DNA of 64,000 nucleotides from the human T2T-CHM13v2.0 reference genome, Homo sapiens, in NCBI RefSeq assembly GCF_009914755.1, contig NC_060934.1. One strand, written 5' to 3'. The translations under genes and the position numbers were made by a program. Under the pieces are notes generated by a model that saw nothing but the letters and a program-made list of their open reading frames with translations, was not told the origin of the DNA and made no database searches. Below are positions 15,423-28,999 of the stretch, piece by piece (the first letter of the stretch is position 1; each line of letters opens with the position of its first letter).

Positions 15423-15764
15423 TTGTAGCAGACCTGCTCAGTTCTCACCTGCATAACACCCCCAGGACAGGCATTTGATCACTGTAAGACTGGAGCTCAC
15501 AGTTAAATTCTTCTATTTTCTTCCCCCATATAGACCAGCCTGAGATGCTATGGTTCATAAGCCTATGAGAAAACACCCCATGAAATCAAGCCATCAGTTC
15601 TTCTTGATATCAAGCAGTGGCCAAGTTTTTAAGGGACTCTCATGCTGATTCTCTTTTCTTTCCAGCCTCACTTCTCTTTCCTTTCATTCCCACTCCCCTG
15701 ATATAACAGTAGTACATAAGTGTTTGCATCAGTCTCTGCTTTCTGGGGTACCAAAGCTAAAGCA
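15423..15764 (+). mobile_element. Ancient ERVL-class LTR (LTR16-like)
   Basis: Starts tgtagcag, ends tctctgctttctggggtaccaaagctaaagca. Confidence 0.5.
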
Positions 15765-15892
15765 AAAATAATTATATTAATGCAAGCCAAGTCTCACATG
15801 CTTTCCTGTTAGTCCTATTATGCCACTAATTTATATTGAAATTTTATCTAAAACTCTGAAATCTGTTTCTTTGTTGCAACAACATTAACAAC

Positions 15893-16160
15893 AACAATAA
15901 TATAACTAGCATACACACTGTTTATTGTAAGCCAGGTGAGTGTAGATGCTATATAGATATTAACTCATCCAATCCTCCCAACATACCTAAGAGACAATTA
16001 CTTTTATGATTACCAATTTACAGCTGTGGAAATTGAGATGCAGAGAACTCAAGAACAAGCACTTAATTTGCTTGTCCAAGATCACACAGCTGGTAAGTCG
16101 TAGTCCCTGGAGTTGGACCAGACACAGTCCTCGAGTCTGTGCTCTACTCACTCTTTTAGC
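15893..16160 (-). mobile_element. MIR
   Basis: aatcctcccaaca...tttacagctgtggaaattgagatgcagaga...gtccaagatcacacagctggtaagt. Confidence 0.8.
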
Positions 16161-16179
16161 TGCATTTCCACTGCTAGAT

Positions 16180-16740
16180 TTTTAAAACGAAGCATGGGCT
16201 TTTCTATTTATTTCTCTTCAATTTTATCTCATTAGAGTTCAGTTTATCGTTTAGGCCAGTCAATAATTTTGGGATGACCATTTATCATTATCTCTTTTCA
16301 CCAACCTTCCAGTTTCTTACCCCATTGAAACTTCACTGGCCTTCCACTAATATTTTTTGCTAGTCATTAATAAAATGATTAGTCAGGCAGGCAGATATGA
16401 GGACAAAGTCCTATGACAAATTACCAGAGATTTACTTCCAAGTTGATCAATCTTGATCAATCAATAACAAATTTAATGTAACTATAGCATAGTCCCTATT
16501 TATTTATCTCATCTACAGAGAGAAGCAAGAAAGATATCGTTAGTCACCTTAATAAGATCCAGTCATACTACATAAAAGCACTCTCTGAATCTATTGCTCT
16601 AATAAATAAACCAATTAAGAAAGAAATTTGGTTTAGTGACATATATTTCACTTTTAGTGAATCCATATCAACTCTAAATGATCATCTTGTTTCTTGAATC
16701 ATCTGTTTGTTATTTTATTCCAGAATTTTGCTTTGGAGGA
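16180..16740 (-). mobile_element. L3/CR1 LINE reverse-transcriptase fossil
   Basis: Collinear with CR1 antisense RT sequence (agtcattaataaaatg...gaggacaaagtcctatgaca...ttccaagttgatc; aagaaatttggtttag...ttagtgaatccat). Confidence 0.65.
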
Positions 16741-19700
16741 ATCTCTAGCTCACGAAAGAAAAAAAAAATACCTTCTTTCTTGTAAAAAAAAAAAAAAAAG
16801 TTCATCTATTTTTTCCTTTGCAGTTTTTTCATATGTCTTCCAGTCCATAGAGTTCCATAAAGGGTACAGAAAATGCCTCTTACCTGCAAGCTATCTTTGT
16901 GCCTCACAGGGTTTTATCTCTTCAGATCAGAAGACTTGAATTTACTTAGAGTGAAAAATGTTCAACAGAAATCATTCCTGTCTAGATCATCAATTCTCTT
17001 TCATTGAACTGGCCCTGGCCTTTGTGTCATTTTATACAATGGAAGTTCAGTAAAACTTGTGTAGTTCTGCCTCATCTTTAAGTCACGGATGTTGCATTTA
17101 CAACTACTTGGAGCTTTTTAAATTTTGATTCTCTCAAGTGCTTTTACATCACATTAACAAGCTTAAGTATCTGTAAAGTTATTTTTTATTTTAGTTAACA
17201 CATAATAATTGTACATATTTATGGAATACAAAGTGATGTTGCAACGCATGTATACAATGTGTATTGATCAAATCAGGTTAATCAGCATATCCATCTACTC
17301 AAACATTTATCATTTCTTTGTATTGGAAACATTCAACATTCTTCTAGCCATTTGAAAATATACAATAAATTATTAACTATTAACTATATGCACACCACAG
17401 TGCTATAGAACAATGAAATTTAATCCTCCTATGAAATTGTAATTTTGTAATTATTAACCAACCTCTTCCTATCCTCCCCTCTCCCTACCCTTTTCAGTCT
17501 CTAAAAACTGCAATTCTCTTCTCTGCTTCTATGCAGTCAACTTTTTTTAGCTCCCATACGTGAGAACATGCAATATTTATGTTTCTGTGTCTGTTCTCCA
17601 GGCTCATCCTTGTTGCCGCAAATGAGGATTTCGTTCTTTCTATGGCTGAATAGTATTCCATTGTATATATATCACATTTTCTTTATCCATTCATCTGATG
17701 TTGAACACTTAGGTGGAGTCCATGTGTTGGCTATTGTGAACAGTACTACAATAAACATGGAACTGCAGATTTCTCTTCAGTATACTGATTTCCTTTCCTA
17801 CATATAAAAACCCAGTAATGGGATTGTTGGATTATATGGTAGTTCTATTTTTAATTTTTTTAATAATCTCCATAGTTTTTTTTATTATGGCTATAGTAAT
17901 TTACAACCCCACCAACTGTGTATAAATGTTCCATTTTCTCCACGTCCTCATTAGCATTTGTTATTTTCTATATTTTTGGTAATAGCCATTCTAACTAGAG
18001 AGAGATAATATTGTGGTTTTGACTGCATTTTCCTGACGATTTGTGGTGTTGAACATTTTTTCATATACCTGTTGGCCATTTGTATGTCTTCTTTTGAGAT
18101 ATGACCATTCGAATCCTTTACCTATTTTTCAATAAGATTATTTGGGTTTTTCCTGATAAATTATTTGAGTTCCTTATACAGTCTGATATTAGTCATTCCT
18201 TGTCAAATGAATAGTTTGAAAATATTTTCTCCCATTCTACAGGTTGTCTCTTCACTCTATTGATTGTTTGCTTTTCTGTGAAGAAGCTTTTTAGTTTGAT
18301 ATATTCCCATCTGTCTGCTTTTGCTTTTGTTGCTGTACTTCTGAACTCTTACCCATAAAATCCTTGCCTAAGCCAATGTCCTGAACAATTTCCCCTACGT
18401 TTATTCTAGTTAAGTCTTCAATTCATTTTTAGTAGATTTTTATACATGGTGAGAAATGGGGGTTTAGTTTTCTTCTTTTACATATGGATATCCAGTTTTC
18501 CCAGTAGCATTTATTGAAATGGCTGTCCTTTCTCCAATGTATGTTCTTGGTGCCTTTGTCAAAACTCCATTGGCTGGAAATATGTAGCTGTATCTCTGGG
18601 TTTTGTATTCTCTTCCATTGGTCTGTGTCTATGTCTATTATGTCAGCACCATGCTGTTATGGTTACTGTAGCTTTGTAGTAAATTTTGAATTCACACAGT
18701 GTGATGGTCCAGCTTTGTTCTTCTTGCTTAGTATGGCTTTGGCTATTCAGGGTCTTTTGTGGTTCCATACAAGTTTTAGGAATTTTTTTTCTATTTCTGT
18801 GATGAATGTAATTAGTATTTTGAAAGGGATTACATTGAATCTGCATGTTGCTTTGGGCACTATGGTCATTCAACAGTATTAATTCTTCCATTCTGTGAAC
18901 ATGGGATGTCTTTCCATTATTTTGTATCCTCTTCAATTTCTATTGTAGCTTTTACTGTAGGTTCTTTCACCCTTTAGATTAAATTTATTTCTAAGTATTT
19001 TTACAAGTATTATAAATTGAATTGCTTTTTTCCATTTCTTTTTCAGCAATTTTGTTATTAGTGTATAGAAATGCTACTGATTTTCCTATGTTGATTTTGT
19101 ATCCTGTAACTTCTCTGAATTTGCTTATCAGTTCTAAGAGATGTTGCTGATGCTGAAATCTTTTTTTTCTGCATATGAGATCTTGTCATCTGCCAGGAGA
19201 GACAATTTGACTTACTTCTTTTCAATTTGGATGCCTTTTATGTCTTTCTCTTGCTTAAATTCTCTGGCTAGGACTTCCAATACTATGTTCAGTAAAAGTG
19301 GTAAAAGTGGGCATCTTGTTTTGTTTTAGTTCCACTCAGTATAATGTTATATATAGTTTTGTCATATATGGCCTTGATTGTGTTGAAGTATGTTCCTTCT
19401 ATGCCTAATCATTGAGAGTTTTTGTCATGAAGGGATGTTGAATTTTTTCAAATGACTTTTCTGTGTTTATTGAGAGGATTATATGGTTGTTGTCCTTCAT
19501 TTTGTTGATATGACATTCATTGATTTGGGTATATTGAACCACCCTTGTATCACTGGGATGAATCTCGCTTGATTATAGTGATTTACCTTTTTAATGTGTT
19601 GTTGGATTTAGTTTGCTAGTGTTTTGTTGAATATTTCTGAGTCTGTGTTCATCAGGGATATTGGCATATAGTTTGTTGTTGCTAATGTTTCTGTGTCCTT

Positions 19701-20205
19701 ATCTGGTTTTGGTTTGAGGGTAATTGCAGAATAAGTTAGGAAGAATTGCCTATTCTTCAATTTTTTGGAATATCTTGAGAATAATTGGTATGGTTCTTCT
19801 TTAAATGTTTGGTAGAATTTAGCAATGAAATCATCTGGTCTTAGGCTTTTATTTGTTGGGGGACTTTTTATTATTGATTGAATCTCATTACTCATTAATA
19901 ATCATTATTGATCTGTTCGGGTTTTTTAATTCTTCCTGATTCAATCTTTTTTAAATTTTTGTAATTATCTTAATGTATTTTCAATGTGAGAATTGAAGCT
20001 CAGTTCCTACATCAGTACTTATTCTCCACTGAAAGAATTCTTTTAAAAACACTCCTTTGGTTTTGTTTTGTTGTGTTTTTTTGTTTATTACTAGTTCAAT
20101 CTTGGTAGATAATATGTGTTCAGGAATTTATCCATTCCTCTAGGTTTTCTCATTTCTTGGCATATACTTCTTCCTTGTAGGAAAAAAAAAGAAAACAAAA
20201 TTTCT

Positions 20206-22066
20206 GGGGGCTTCAGGATGGCTGACTAGAGGCATCGGGCACTAGCCTCCTCCACAAAAGAGAACCAAAATAGAAAGTAGATAATTACCCTTTGAATAGA
20301 TCACCTAAGAGAACACTGGAATTCAACAGAAAGTGACAGAAAACTCCTAAGGCCAGAAAGGAGAGGGAAGAGAAGCAGCCTGCCCAGCAAGGATTGGCTG
20401 GGAGCCCTGAGAGCCTCCTCAGTTCAGAGAAAGAGTAAGTGAGAAATTCCCAGCAGTCTATTCCCAACAAGAACTCCTGCAATCCTAGCCACAGGAGAGC
20501 CCCTCGACCCTGATGGAGCCTGAGACTAACATAAGGAGCTGCCTGGAGACTGCTTAACGGTATCATTCCAGGGATGGGCTCATTTGGAGTTCTATACACC
20601 TCCCCCAAGACCTAAGCAGCTACAGCATGGTATCATTTTGAGAGATCAGCCATCGCCAGACTGCATCGTGCCCTAGAGCCCGATACCCCTTGCATCTCCA
20701 CATCCCTGGAGCCCTATCGTCATCCCCATCAGTAGTTACTGCAACTGTTGGCTGCCACCATGGTCAAAGTGCACCCACCTCTCTGGCAGCCACTCTTCCT
20801 CCCTCAGCAGTGGGACTGGCCACATGAATTTGCACATGCCCTGAGTACAGGCTCCTCTACCTAAGCTGCTGCTGCTGGCAGTTGCTACTGGGGCCAAAGT
20901 GCAAGCTACTAGCAGCAATCCCACTGCCCCTAGCTGTGTGACTGCCGCACATTTGTGTGTGCATTGAAGACAGACTTCCCTACCCATGTCCACCACCACC
21001 ACTGGTTGCTACCATCAGGATGGTAGCATGAGCCATGTGCAATAACCCCACCCACCTGTAGCAGTGAGGCCTCCGCACATTTACATGTGCCTTGAGGACA
21101 GCTCCCTCACCCACAACCACTGCCTGGTGCCAAATTAGGCTCTCCCCAGGTGCCTACCCAGGTGTTAGAGGCTGCTGCCTCTAACAACAGCCCCACCTGC
21201 CCCAGCTGCAGGGATACAGAGCAATTGCATATGTCCTGCGGGCAGGCACCCCCACTCACCACTTCCACTGCCTGCCTCACCGAAGAACTTCACCAGAGGC
21301 CTGGGAATTAACCCACCTCTGCATACCGAAGTCAGTGTTCATATGCACCATCAGGAGTCCTATGAACATGCCTGCCAGACCTGGCTCCACTATCCTCAAC
21401 CAGTGCCTGAACATGCCATTTTCAGGCCTAGAGATCACCCCACCTCATCCACCACAATTGGCAGCAGAACACTCCTCTCAGAGGCCTGACGATGGGCCCA
21501 CCTTGCCTGCTGCTACCACCACAGTGGGCACCCACCTGCATGCACCACCTGCTGGCCTGGAGACTGACACACCCAGCCCATTGCAGCCACTGCTAACACC
21601 AGCATGGGCCACTCGAGAATCAGAAGGCTGTCCCACCACAACTACTGCCACTGCCCATGCTATGCCCACTGTCCCACTCACTTGCTCATCACTTGCTCAT
21701 CATTTGCTCATCCACCCAAGGACCTGCCCACTCACCTTGCTCATCAGTGCCACTGCCTGCACCTAAACAAACCAACTGTAATCTCAAGAACTGGCCCACA
21801 TGGGCCCAATAACACAGGTGCCATAACACAGACACATCCAGCTCGTCAATGCCATCACTGGGGCCCAAGGACTGGCACACCTGACATCTCCATCACTACC
21901 AAAACTTCACCACAGCTCCTACTAACAACCACACCCTAAATCACTAGGGAAATCAGACCCCACTGACACCATTTAGAGCCAAATAAATTATACAGACTAC
22001 ACCATTGCATGCACCCAGAATGAAAGCCAAAGTGTCCTACCCCACCAACTCTGTAGATACATTTTC
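20206..22066 (+). mobile_element. L1M 5'UTR-only fragment, opposite orientation to the host L1
   Basis: gggggcttcaggatggctgactagaggc L1M 5' start, C-rich UTR; ends before ORF1 with no poly(A). Confidence 0.75.
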
Positions 22067-23802
22067 AGCTCTTCAAAGTAGTCTCTAATAATCCTTTGTA
22101 TTTCTGTGATATCAATTGTAATATCTTTTTTGTTTCTAATTTCATTGATTTGAATATACTCTATTTCTTACTCTAGCTAATGATTTATCCATTTTGTTTA
22201 TCTTTTTACATACCAATTTTTGTTGCATTGATACAGTATATTCTGAGTTATTTTTCTCTATTTTGTGTAGTTCTACTCTGATCTTTTTTATTTCTTTTCA
22301 TCTACTAATTTGGGATTTGGTTTGTTCTTGCTTTTCTAGTTCCCTGAGATGTGTGTTAGGTTGTTTATTTGAAATATTTCTACTTTTTTTAATGTAGGCA
22401 TTTATTTGCTATTAACTTCCCTCTTATTACTGCTTTTGCCATATCCCATAGGTTTGGGTACATTGTTTTCCATTTTCATTTGTTTCAATATTTTCATAAA
22501 ATTTTATTCTGAATTTCATCATAGACCCATTGGTCATTCAGGAACATGTTGTATGATTTTCATGAATTTGTAGTTTCCAAAGTTCCTCTTGTTATTGATT
22601 TCTAGTTTTATTCCATTGTGATCTGAGAAGATATTTGATATGATTTCAACTTTTTTAATTGTTGAGAATTGCGTTCTAACATATGGTTGAGCCTGGAAAA
22701 TATTCCATGTGCAGATAAAAAATGTACATATGGCAGCTGTTGGATAATGTGTTTTACAAATGTATCTTAGATTCATTTGGTCTTCTGTATAGTTTAAGTC
22801 CAATGTTTCTTTGTTAATCTTCTTTCTAGATGATCTGTGCAATGCTGAGAGTAGGGTGTTGAGGTCTTCAGCTACTATTTCATTGGGGTCTCTCTCTTTT
22901 TAGCTCTAATAATATTTGATTGGTTAATGTATTTGGGTGCTGTAGTATTGAGTACATATATATTTATAATTGTTGAAGCCCCTTACTGAATTGATCCCTT
23001 TATCACTAATTAACAACCTTCTTTGTGACCTTTGATGTTTTCGACTTAGTCTATTTTGTCTGAAATAAGGTTTCCATATGCACAGAATATCTTTTTTCCA
23101 TCCCTTCACTTTCAGGCTATGTGTGTCATTACATGTGAAATGAGCATATAGTTGGATCTTGTTTTATTTTAATCCATTCAAACAATCTATCTCTTTCAAT
23201 TGCAAAATGTAAACCATTTATATTCAATGTTGTTATTAACAGGTGAGGACTTACTTTGTCATTTTGTTCATTGTTTTCTCGTTGTTTTATGTATCTTTTA
23301 TTCCTTTATTCCTCTCTTATTGTTTAGCTTTGTGTTTTGTTTGTATTCTGTAGTGATAACATTTGATTTCTTTCTATTTCTGATGTGAGTTTCATATTTT
23401 CATGTGTTTTCATGATGGTAGATATTATCATTTTTCTTCCAGATGAAGGACTCCCTTAGCACAGGGCCAGTCTAGTGGTGTTGAATTCCCTCAATTTTTG
23501 CTTGTCTTGGAAAGACTAGTTCTCTTTCATTTCTGAAGGATAGCTTTGTTGGGTATAGTATTCTTGGCTGACAATTTTTTTTCCTTTCAATGCTTTGAAT
23601 ATATTACCCCATTCTCTCTTGGTCTAGAAGTTTTCTGCTAAAAAATATGTTAGCCTGATGGAGAGTCCCTTGATGTGACTTGATGCTTTTTTCTTGCTGT
23701 TTTAAAAATTCTTTGTCTTTTGACAATGTGACTATAATGTGCCTTGGAGAGGAATTTTTAAGCTTCCTGTATCTGGATGCCTATATCTCTCCCAAGACTT
23801 GA

Positions 23803-24180
<378 letters not shown>

Positions 24181-24290
24181 TAATTACCATAATGTAGATG
24201 TTTATTCAGTTAATGGTGCCCCATATTTCAGAGATTTTTTTCATTTTTAAATTTTTTCATTTATTTATTTATTTATTTAACTAATGGGTT

Positions 24291-24763
24291 TTTTCTTTCT
24301 TTTTTTTTTAAGTTTGAAGCAAGAGTTTAATAGGCAAAAGGAAAGAACAGCTCTCTGTTACAGAGAGGAGTCCCAAGTGGGTTGCCAAGTTGTAGTAAAA
24401 ATGTCAAGGTTTTTATAAATGGGCTAATGAGGAGGGGGCTAGTGAGGAGAGGATGTCCTGTCCTCCTAGGGCCTGAAGATTTAGTTGGGACTAGGTGTGC
24501 AATCTGTATAGAAAAGAGTTTTTATCAGACTTTTAGTCTGTGTTTCTTTGCTTTGCTTATCTGGGAGGGAGAGTTTCTGGGTCTGTGCCCATACACCTTC
24601 TGGCAGCTGCAGGAATCCCTCCACTCCAGTCTGCTTTTAGCTTCCCTATCTTAGTGTGCCTAAAGGGGAAAGAATGTGCTTATTAAGGCCCACTGTTTTA
24701 CTGGGGCCCATTGTATAAGTGTGAAGTTTGGTGATTACCCAGGAGACATCCCCCCAACACCCC
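24291..24763 (-). mobile_element. 5'-truncated, polyadenylated ERV1-class LTR (U3-R) retrocopy
   Basis: Poly-T 24291-24309, minus-strand ATTAAA at 24326-24331, TATA-like box ~24410, TSD actaatgggtt at 24280-24290 and 24764-24774. Confidence 0.8.
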
Positions 24764-26226
24764 ACTAATGGGTTATTTAAAACCTGCCCTCATGTTCAGA
24801 AATTTATTCTCCTGCTTGATCTTGTCTATTATTGAGCTTTCAATTGTATTTTTTATTTCATTCACTGAATTCTTCAGTTCAAAGATTTCTGTTTTGTTCT
24901 TTTATGTCTATCTCTTTGTTGAATTTCTCACTTATCATGACTTGTTTTCTTGATTTTGTTGAATTGTCTATTTATGTTCTCTAGTATTTCAGTTGTCTAT
25001 TATGTTCTCTTGTATTTCACTGAGCTTCCTTAAGATTATTATTTTGAATTCCTTTTCAGGCATTTCACAGATTTCCTTTTTGAAGGGTCTGTTACTAGCG
25101 AATTACTGTGATTTTTTGGAGGTGTTATGTGTCTTTGCTTTTTCATGTTCCTTGAGTCCCCATGTCAATATCGGTGCATGTGGTGGAACTCTCACTTCTT
25201 CCAATTTTATGGAGCAGTTTTCATAGCGAAAAACTTTTTTCTGTAGATATGTCCTGCAGTGTCAGTTGGGTAGGCTGCTTTGCCTTTGGTTCCTGGTGAG
25301 AACACTAGTGTAATTTCTGTATGATTTCTTCAACTGCAATCAACATCAGCAGTGTCTATAAGTACTTAGTGGCCTAGGCTACAGTTGTTTGTGGAGGCTG
25401 TGGCATGGCTTTTCTGGTGATATTGATGCTGGGTAAGCTAGTCCTCAGGCACCTAGATGGTATGTGTGTTGGCCCCACTGCTGGAGGGAGTGGAATTGCC
25501 AGTGGGGCAGCAGTGCACCCCAGGCAGACTAGTGCTCCACCCCTGCATGAGTATGACACTGGAGTCAGGTAGAACTTGTATAGTTCTTCATCTTCAGACC
25601 ACTCAGGTCATATTTACAACTACTTGGAGCTCTTTTAATTTTGATTATCTCAAGTGCTTTTACATAGCATTAAGAAACATAGCATTATGCTATGAAAAAG
25701 CATAAGATTCTTATTCAGCCACAACCACCCACAGGATAGTAGTCTGAGAAATACCATCTTCTCAGGACCATTCTTCCCAGTCCTCCTTGAGAGTACAGGC
25801 CATCCACTTCCGTGGTATTTATAAGAATTTGTTTATTCTCTTCTATTTTTTAATATTTAAAATCCTCTTCCACTTCATTTATAATTAATAATTCAAATTT
25901 TATCATAAAGTACATTTCTTATGCTTAATACCCAAGTACAGATTTTCAAGTAAATATTCAGCCTGAGGCTGTAATCTGCATCTAAATGGAGCTTCCTCCC
26001 ACCTCCAGGTAGCATATTCAAAAGCAGTGCCAATGTGAAGTATGCATGAGATAAAAATTATTACCCCAAGGGCATTAGGATTATTGTGATCTGTTCCCAT
26101 TTCCATTCCTGAGATGACAGCAAGATACATTGTATCTTAATGTAATTACTCTTTCTTCAGACCATGATCTACTGTAAATTGCGTTCACTTTGTATCTGTT
26201 ACACAACGGAATTATGGCATTTGAGT

Positions 26227-26250
26227 TTTGTTGTTGTTGTTGTTGTTGTT
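26227..26250. repeat. (TTG)n microsatellite
   Basis: ttgttgttgttgttgttgttgtt. Confidence 0.9.
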
Positions 26251-26765
26251 ATGTTTGCTTTTTGAGGATGAGAAGATGATGTACAGGACAAGTGTGTAAA
26301 ATATTCCTTTTTGAAGACTTTGCCATCAAACCAGAGAGTATAGCAAGCTGTGTGCTGAAAAGTTAAAGTCTTGTCTAATTCTGAAAGGGCAATATCAAGG
26401 TCAGTTTTTTCTATTGGTGCAGGCTACTTCAGGCTGCATTCATTTGCTGTTGGAGGCATTGTCAGTGAAAATGAGAGACAGAGTTAATTTTTAACATTAG
26501 AAAAATTCCTCCCTTTCATGGAAAGCAGTTTCAGCAATGGCTAAGTACTAAATAAATATTAGAAATTACTTTTATTATTTTAATTTCTTACAAATAGTAA
26601 GAAATTTTTATTTTCTTTCTAAGTTTATCTTTAGTGTTTGTTAGCACTTTTTCCTATTCAGGCCTCCACTCCAGTTCCAGATCAATATGTCTCAAATATC
26701 CAAGTATGTGCCAGCTGAATGGGTCCTATTTCTGGTCTAAAGACCTATCCATGTATTTCTCCAAG

Positions 26766-26938
26766 ACATTTGGGTTCTGCAGCAATAAATTCAGGAAAAT
26801 ACTTGGCTTTGGCCAAGCATTAATCTACCTGGGATTTGGGGGTGGAAGAACATTTGGGTTCTGCAGCAATAAATTCAGGAAAATACTTGGCTTTGGCCAA
26901 ATATTAGTCTACCTGAGATTTAGGGTGGAAGCACATTG
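26766..26938. repeat. 84-bp tandem duplication (2 copies)
   Basis: acatttgggttctgcagcaataaattcaggaaaatacttggctttggccaa at 26766 and 26850. Confidence 0.97.
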
Positions 26939-27624
26939 GAGGTCTTTAACAATAACTATATTTGTGCCTGAGTAAGGGGGGCAATGGACCAGGCCTACCC
27001 TGTCATTGGATTCTATAACACTGAGATCAATGGGATACTTCTGGCTCAATGAGGGGGTCTACATGATACATCTTGGCCAGCCTCATTTGGGCTCAACCTC
27101 TGATCTTCTGACTGAAATTTTCTAGAGGAAGGACCTGGAAATCTGAATTTGAAATGATTTTTATCAGGCTACTTGGGGAAACCTGCATTAGTGGACACTG
27201 CCTTCTGTTTTGGTAACCATTTTACAGAAAACAGGTGCCATACAGCTTCAAAGGCCCAAGATCTCAAAATAAATAAATGGTAGAGCTGGGATTTGAGCCA
27301 AAAGCGAAGCTCCCTCTGTGCTGAGAGATGGCCTGAGTCTATTATTCCCTCTGGCTTTCCCATCTTCCTTGATTCCCTCCCTTTAGGAAACAGAAGTATA
27401 AGCATTAAAATAGAGGGTCCTTCATTACCTGAAATTCTGTTCTTTCTGAGGGCGGGATGCTAGTCACTATGACAAGACTCAATGATACAGTCCTGACTCA
27501 GAGAGTCACAATAAGAACATTGCAAATCATCAATCACAAATGCTACATTTAACCCACCCAGATCAACCCAATCCCTTTGACCTTTGCCACTACTATGTGA
27601 GAGGAGACGGGGCAAAGCAGACAG

Positions 27625-27790
27625 GAGGTTATAGGCTCAATCATTTAACGGATGTGGGATCAAATTTTGGCAATGCTGCTTATTTGCTTCCCATTCCCAG
27701 CCTCAGCTTTCTCATCTATAAAATGAAGGTAATAGCACATAGCTATTCTGTGGGCTACTGTGTGCTCAGGACACAACAGGTATTTAACTG
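27625..27790 (+). mobile_element. MIR fragment
   Basis: cctcagctttctcatctataaaatgaaggtaatagca core. Confidence 0.7.
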
Positions 27791-27806
27791 ATTGTTCCAC
27801 TGCATC

Positions 27807-28388
27807 TGTGATGGTTAATATTAGCTGTCAACTTGATTGGATTGAAGGATGCCTGGATGTCTGGTAAAGTATTGATTTTTGGTGTGTCTGCAACAGTATT
27901 GCCAGAGGAGACTGACATTTGAGTCAGTGGACTGGGAGAGGAAGGCCCGCCCTCAAGGCTGTGGGCACCATTCAATTGGCTGCCAGTGTGGCTACAACAA
28001 AGCAGGCAGAAGAAGGTGGGATAAGGTTGCTTGCTGAGTCTTCTGGTTTCCTTTTTTACTGTGGTGGATGATTCTTTCCATTCCTCCTGCCCTTGAACAT
28101 CAGACTCCAGGTTCTTTGGTCTTTGGATTCTTGGTCTTGTACCAGTGGTTTGCCAGGGGCTCTTAGGGCCTTTGGCCACAGACTGAAGGCTGCACTGTCG
28201 GCTTCCCTGGTTTTGAGGCTTTCAGACTCGGGCTGAGCCACTAGCAGTTTCTCTCTTCCCCAGCTTATAGATGGCCTATCGTGGGACTTCACCTTGTAAT
28301 CATGTAAGCCAATTCTCCCTAACAAACTCCCTTTTATATATGTACATATATCCTATTGGTTCTGTACCTCTGGAGAACCCTGACTTAA
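27807..28388 (+). mobile_element. MLT2 (ERVL) solo LTR, MLT2B-like
   Basis: tgtgatggttaatattagctgtcaacttgattggattgaaggatgc...cctattggttctgtacctctggagaaccctgact; gcatc on both flanks. Confidence 0.9.
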
Positions 28389-28999
28389 GCATCCAAGACC
28401 CAGGTTAGAGAGCAGGGGAGGAAGAAATGTGTTGTGGGACCTCGTGACACGCAGGGTAATGGAAAATTAAGGAGAGCACTGAGATAAAATGCTTTACAGC
28501 AATTAAACTGTTTTTCCCTACAGTGCAGATCTGCATTGTAAAAGTATTTACAGGTGTCTAATTTTGTTGACTATGCAGGAAGCCACCTCGGCAGGATAAA
28601 TAGAGCTGCCCAGTGCATTTTTGTGCTCTTTATTTGCAGAAAGGGAGATAATTAAAGAACTAATGACAGCCTTCAGGAGCTTGCATGCAGCAGTATCCTA
28701 GCTGACACCACATACTCCAGGCCAGGAGCCCTGAAGGATAAGCCTTTAGACTTGACAAGGGCCTATGCCTTGTGCTTCTGATTATTCTGTCTCCTGCTCA
28801 TTTCTCACCAGGCAGCAAGAAAGAGGTAAGCTTCTTTTGAAGTCCTCATTCATTAATAACTGGAGTTACCTGACAAACATACTTTACATTTAACCTGAGC
28901 ACTGGGAGACTGAGATGAGGACAAATAAAGGGAAGGAAACTAACATTTATCAGTGATTAGTATTGTCTAAGTATCATACTACTGTGCTCTCCTTTAAAA

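Noticed and set aside
26634-26975. 113-aa ORF with an internal peptide repeat
   Set aside because: The repeat just reflects the in-frame 84-bp DNA duplication; non-ATG start and no other coding evidence
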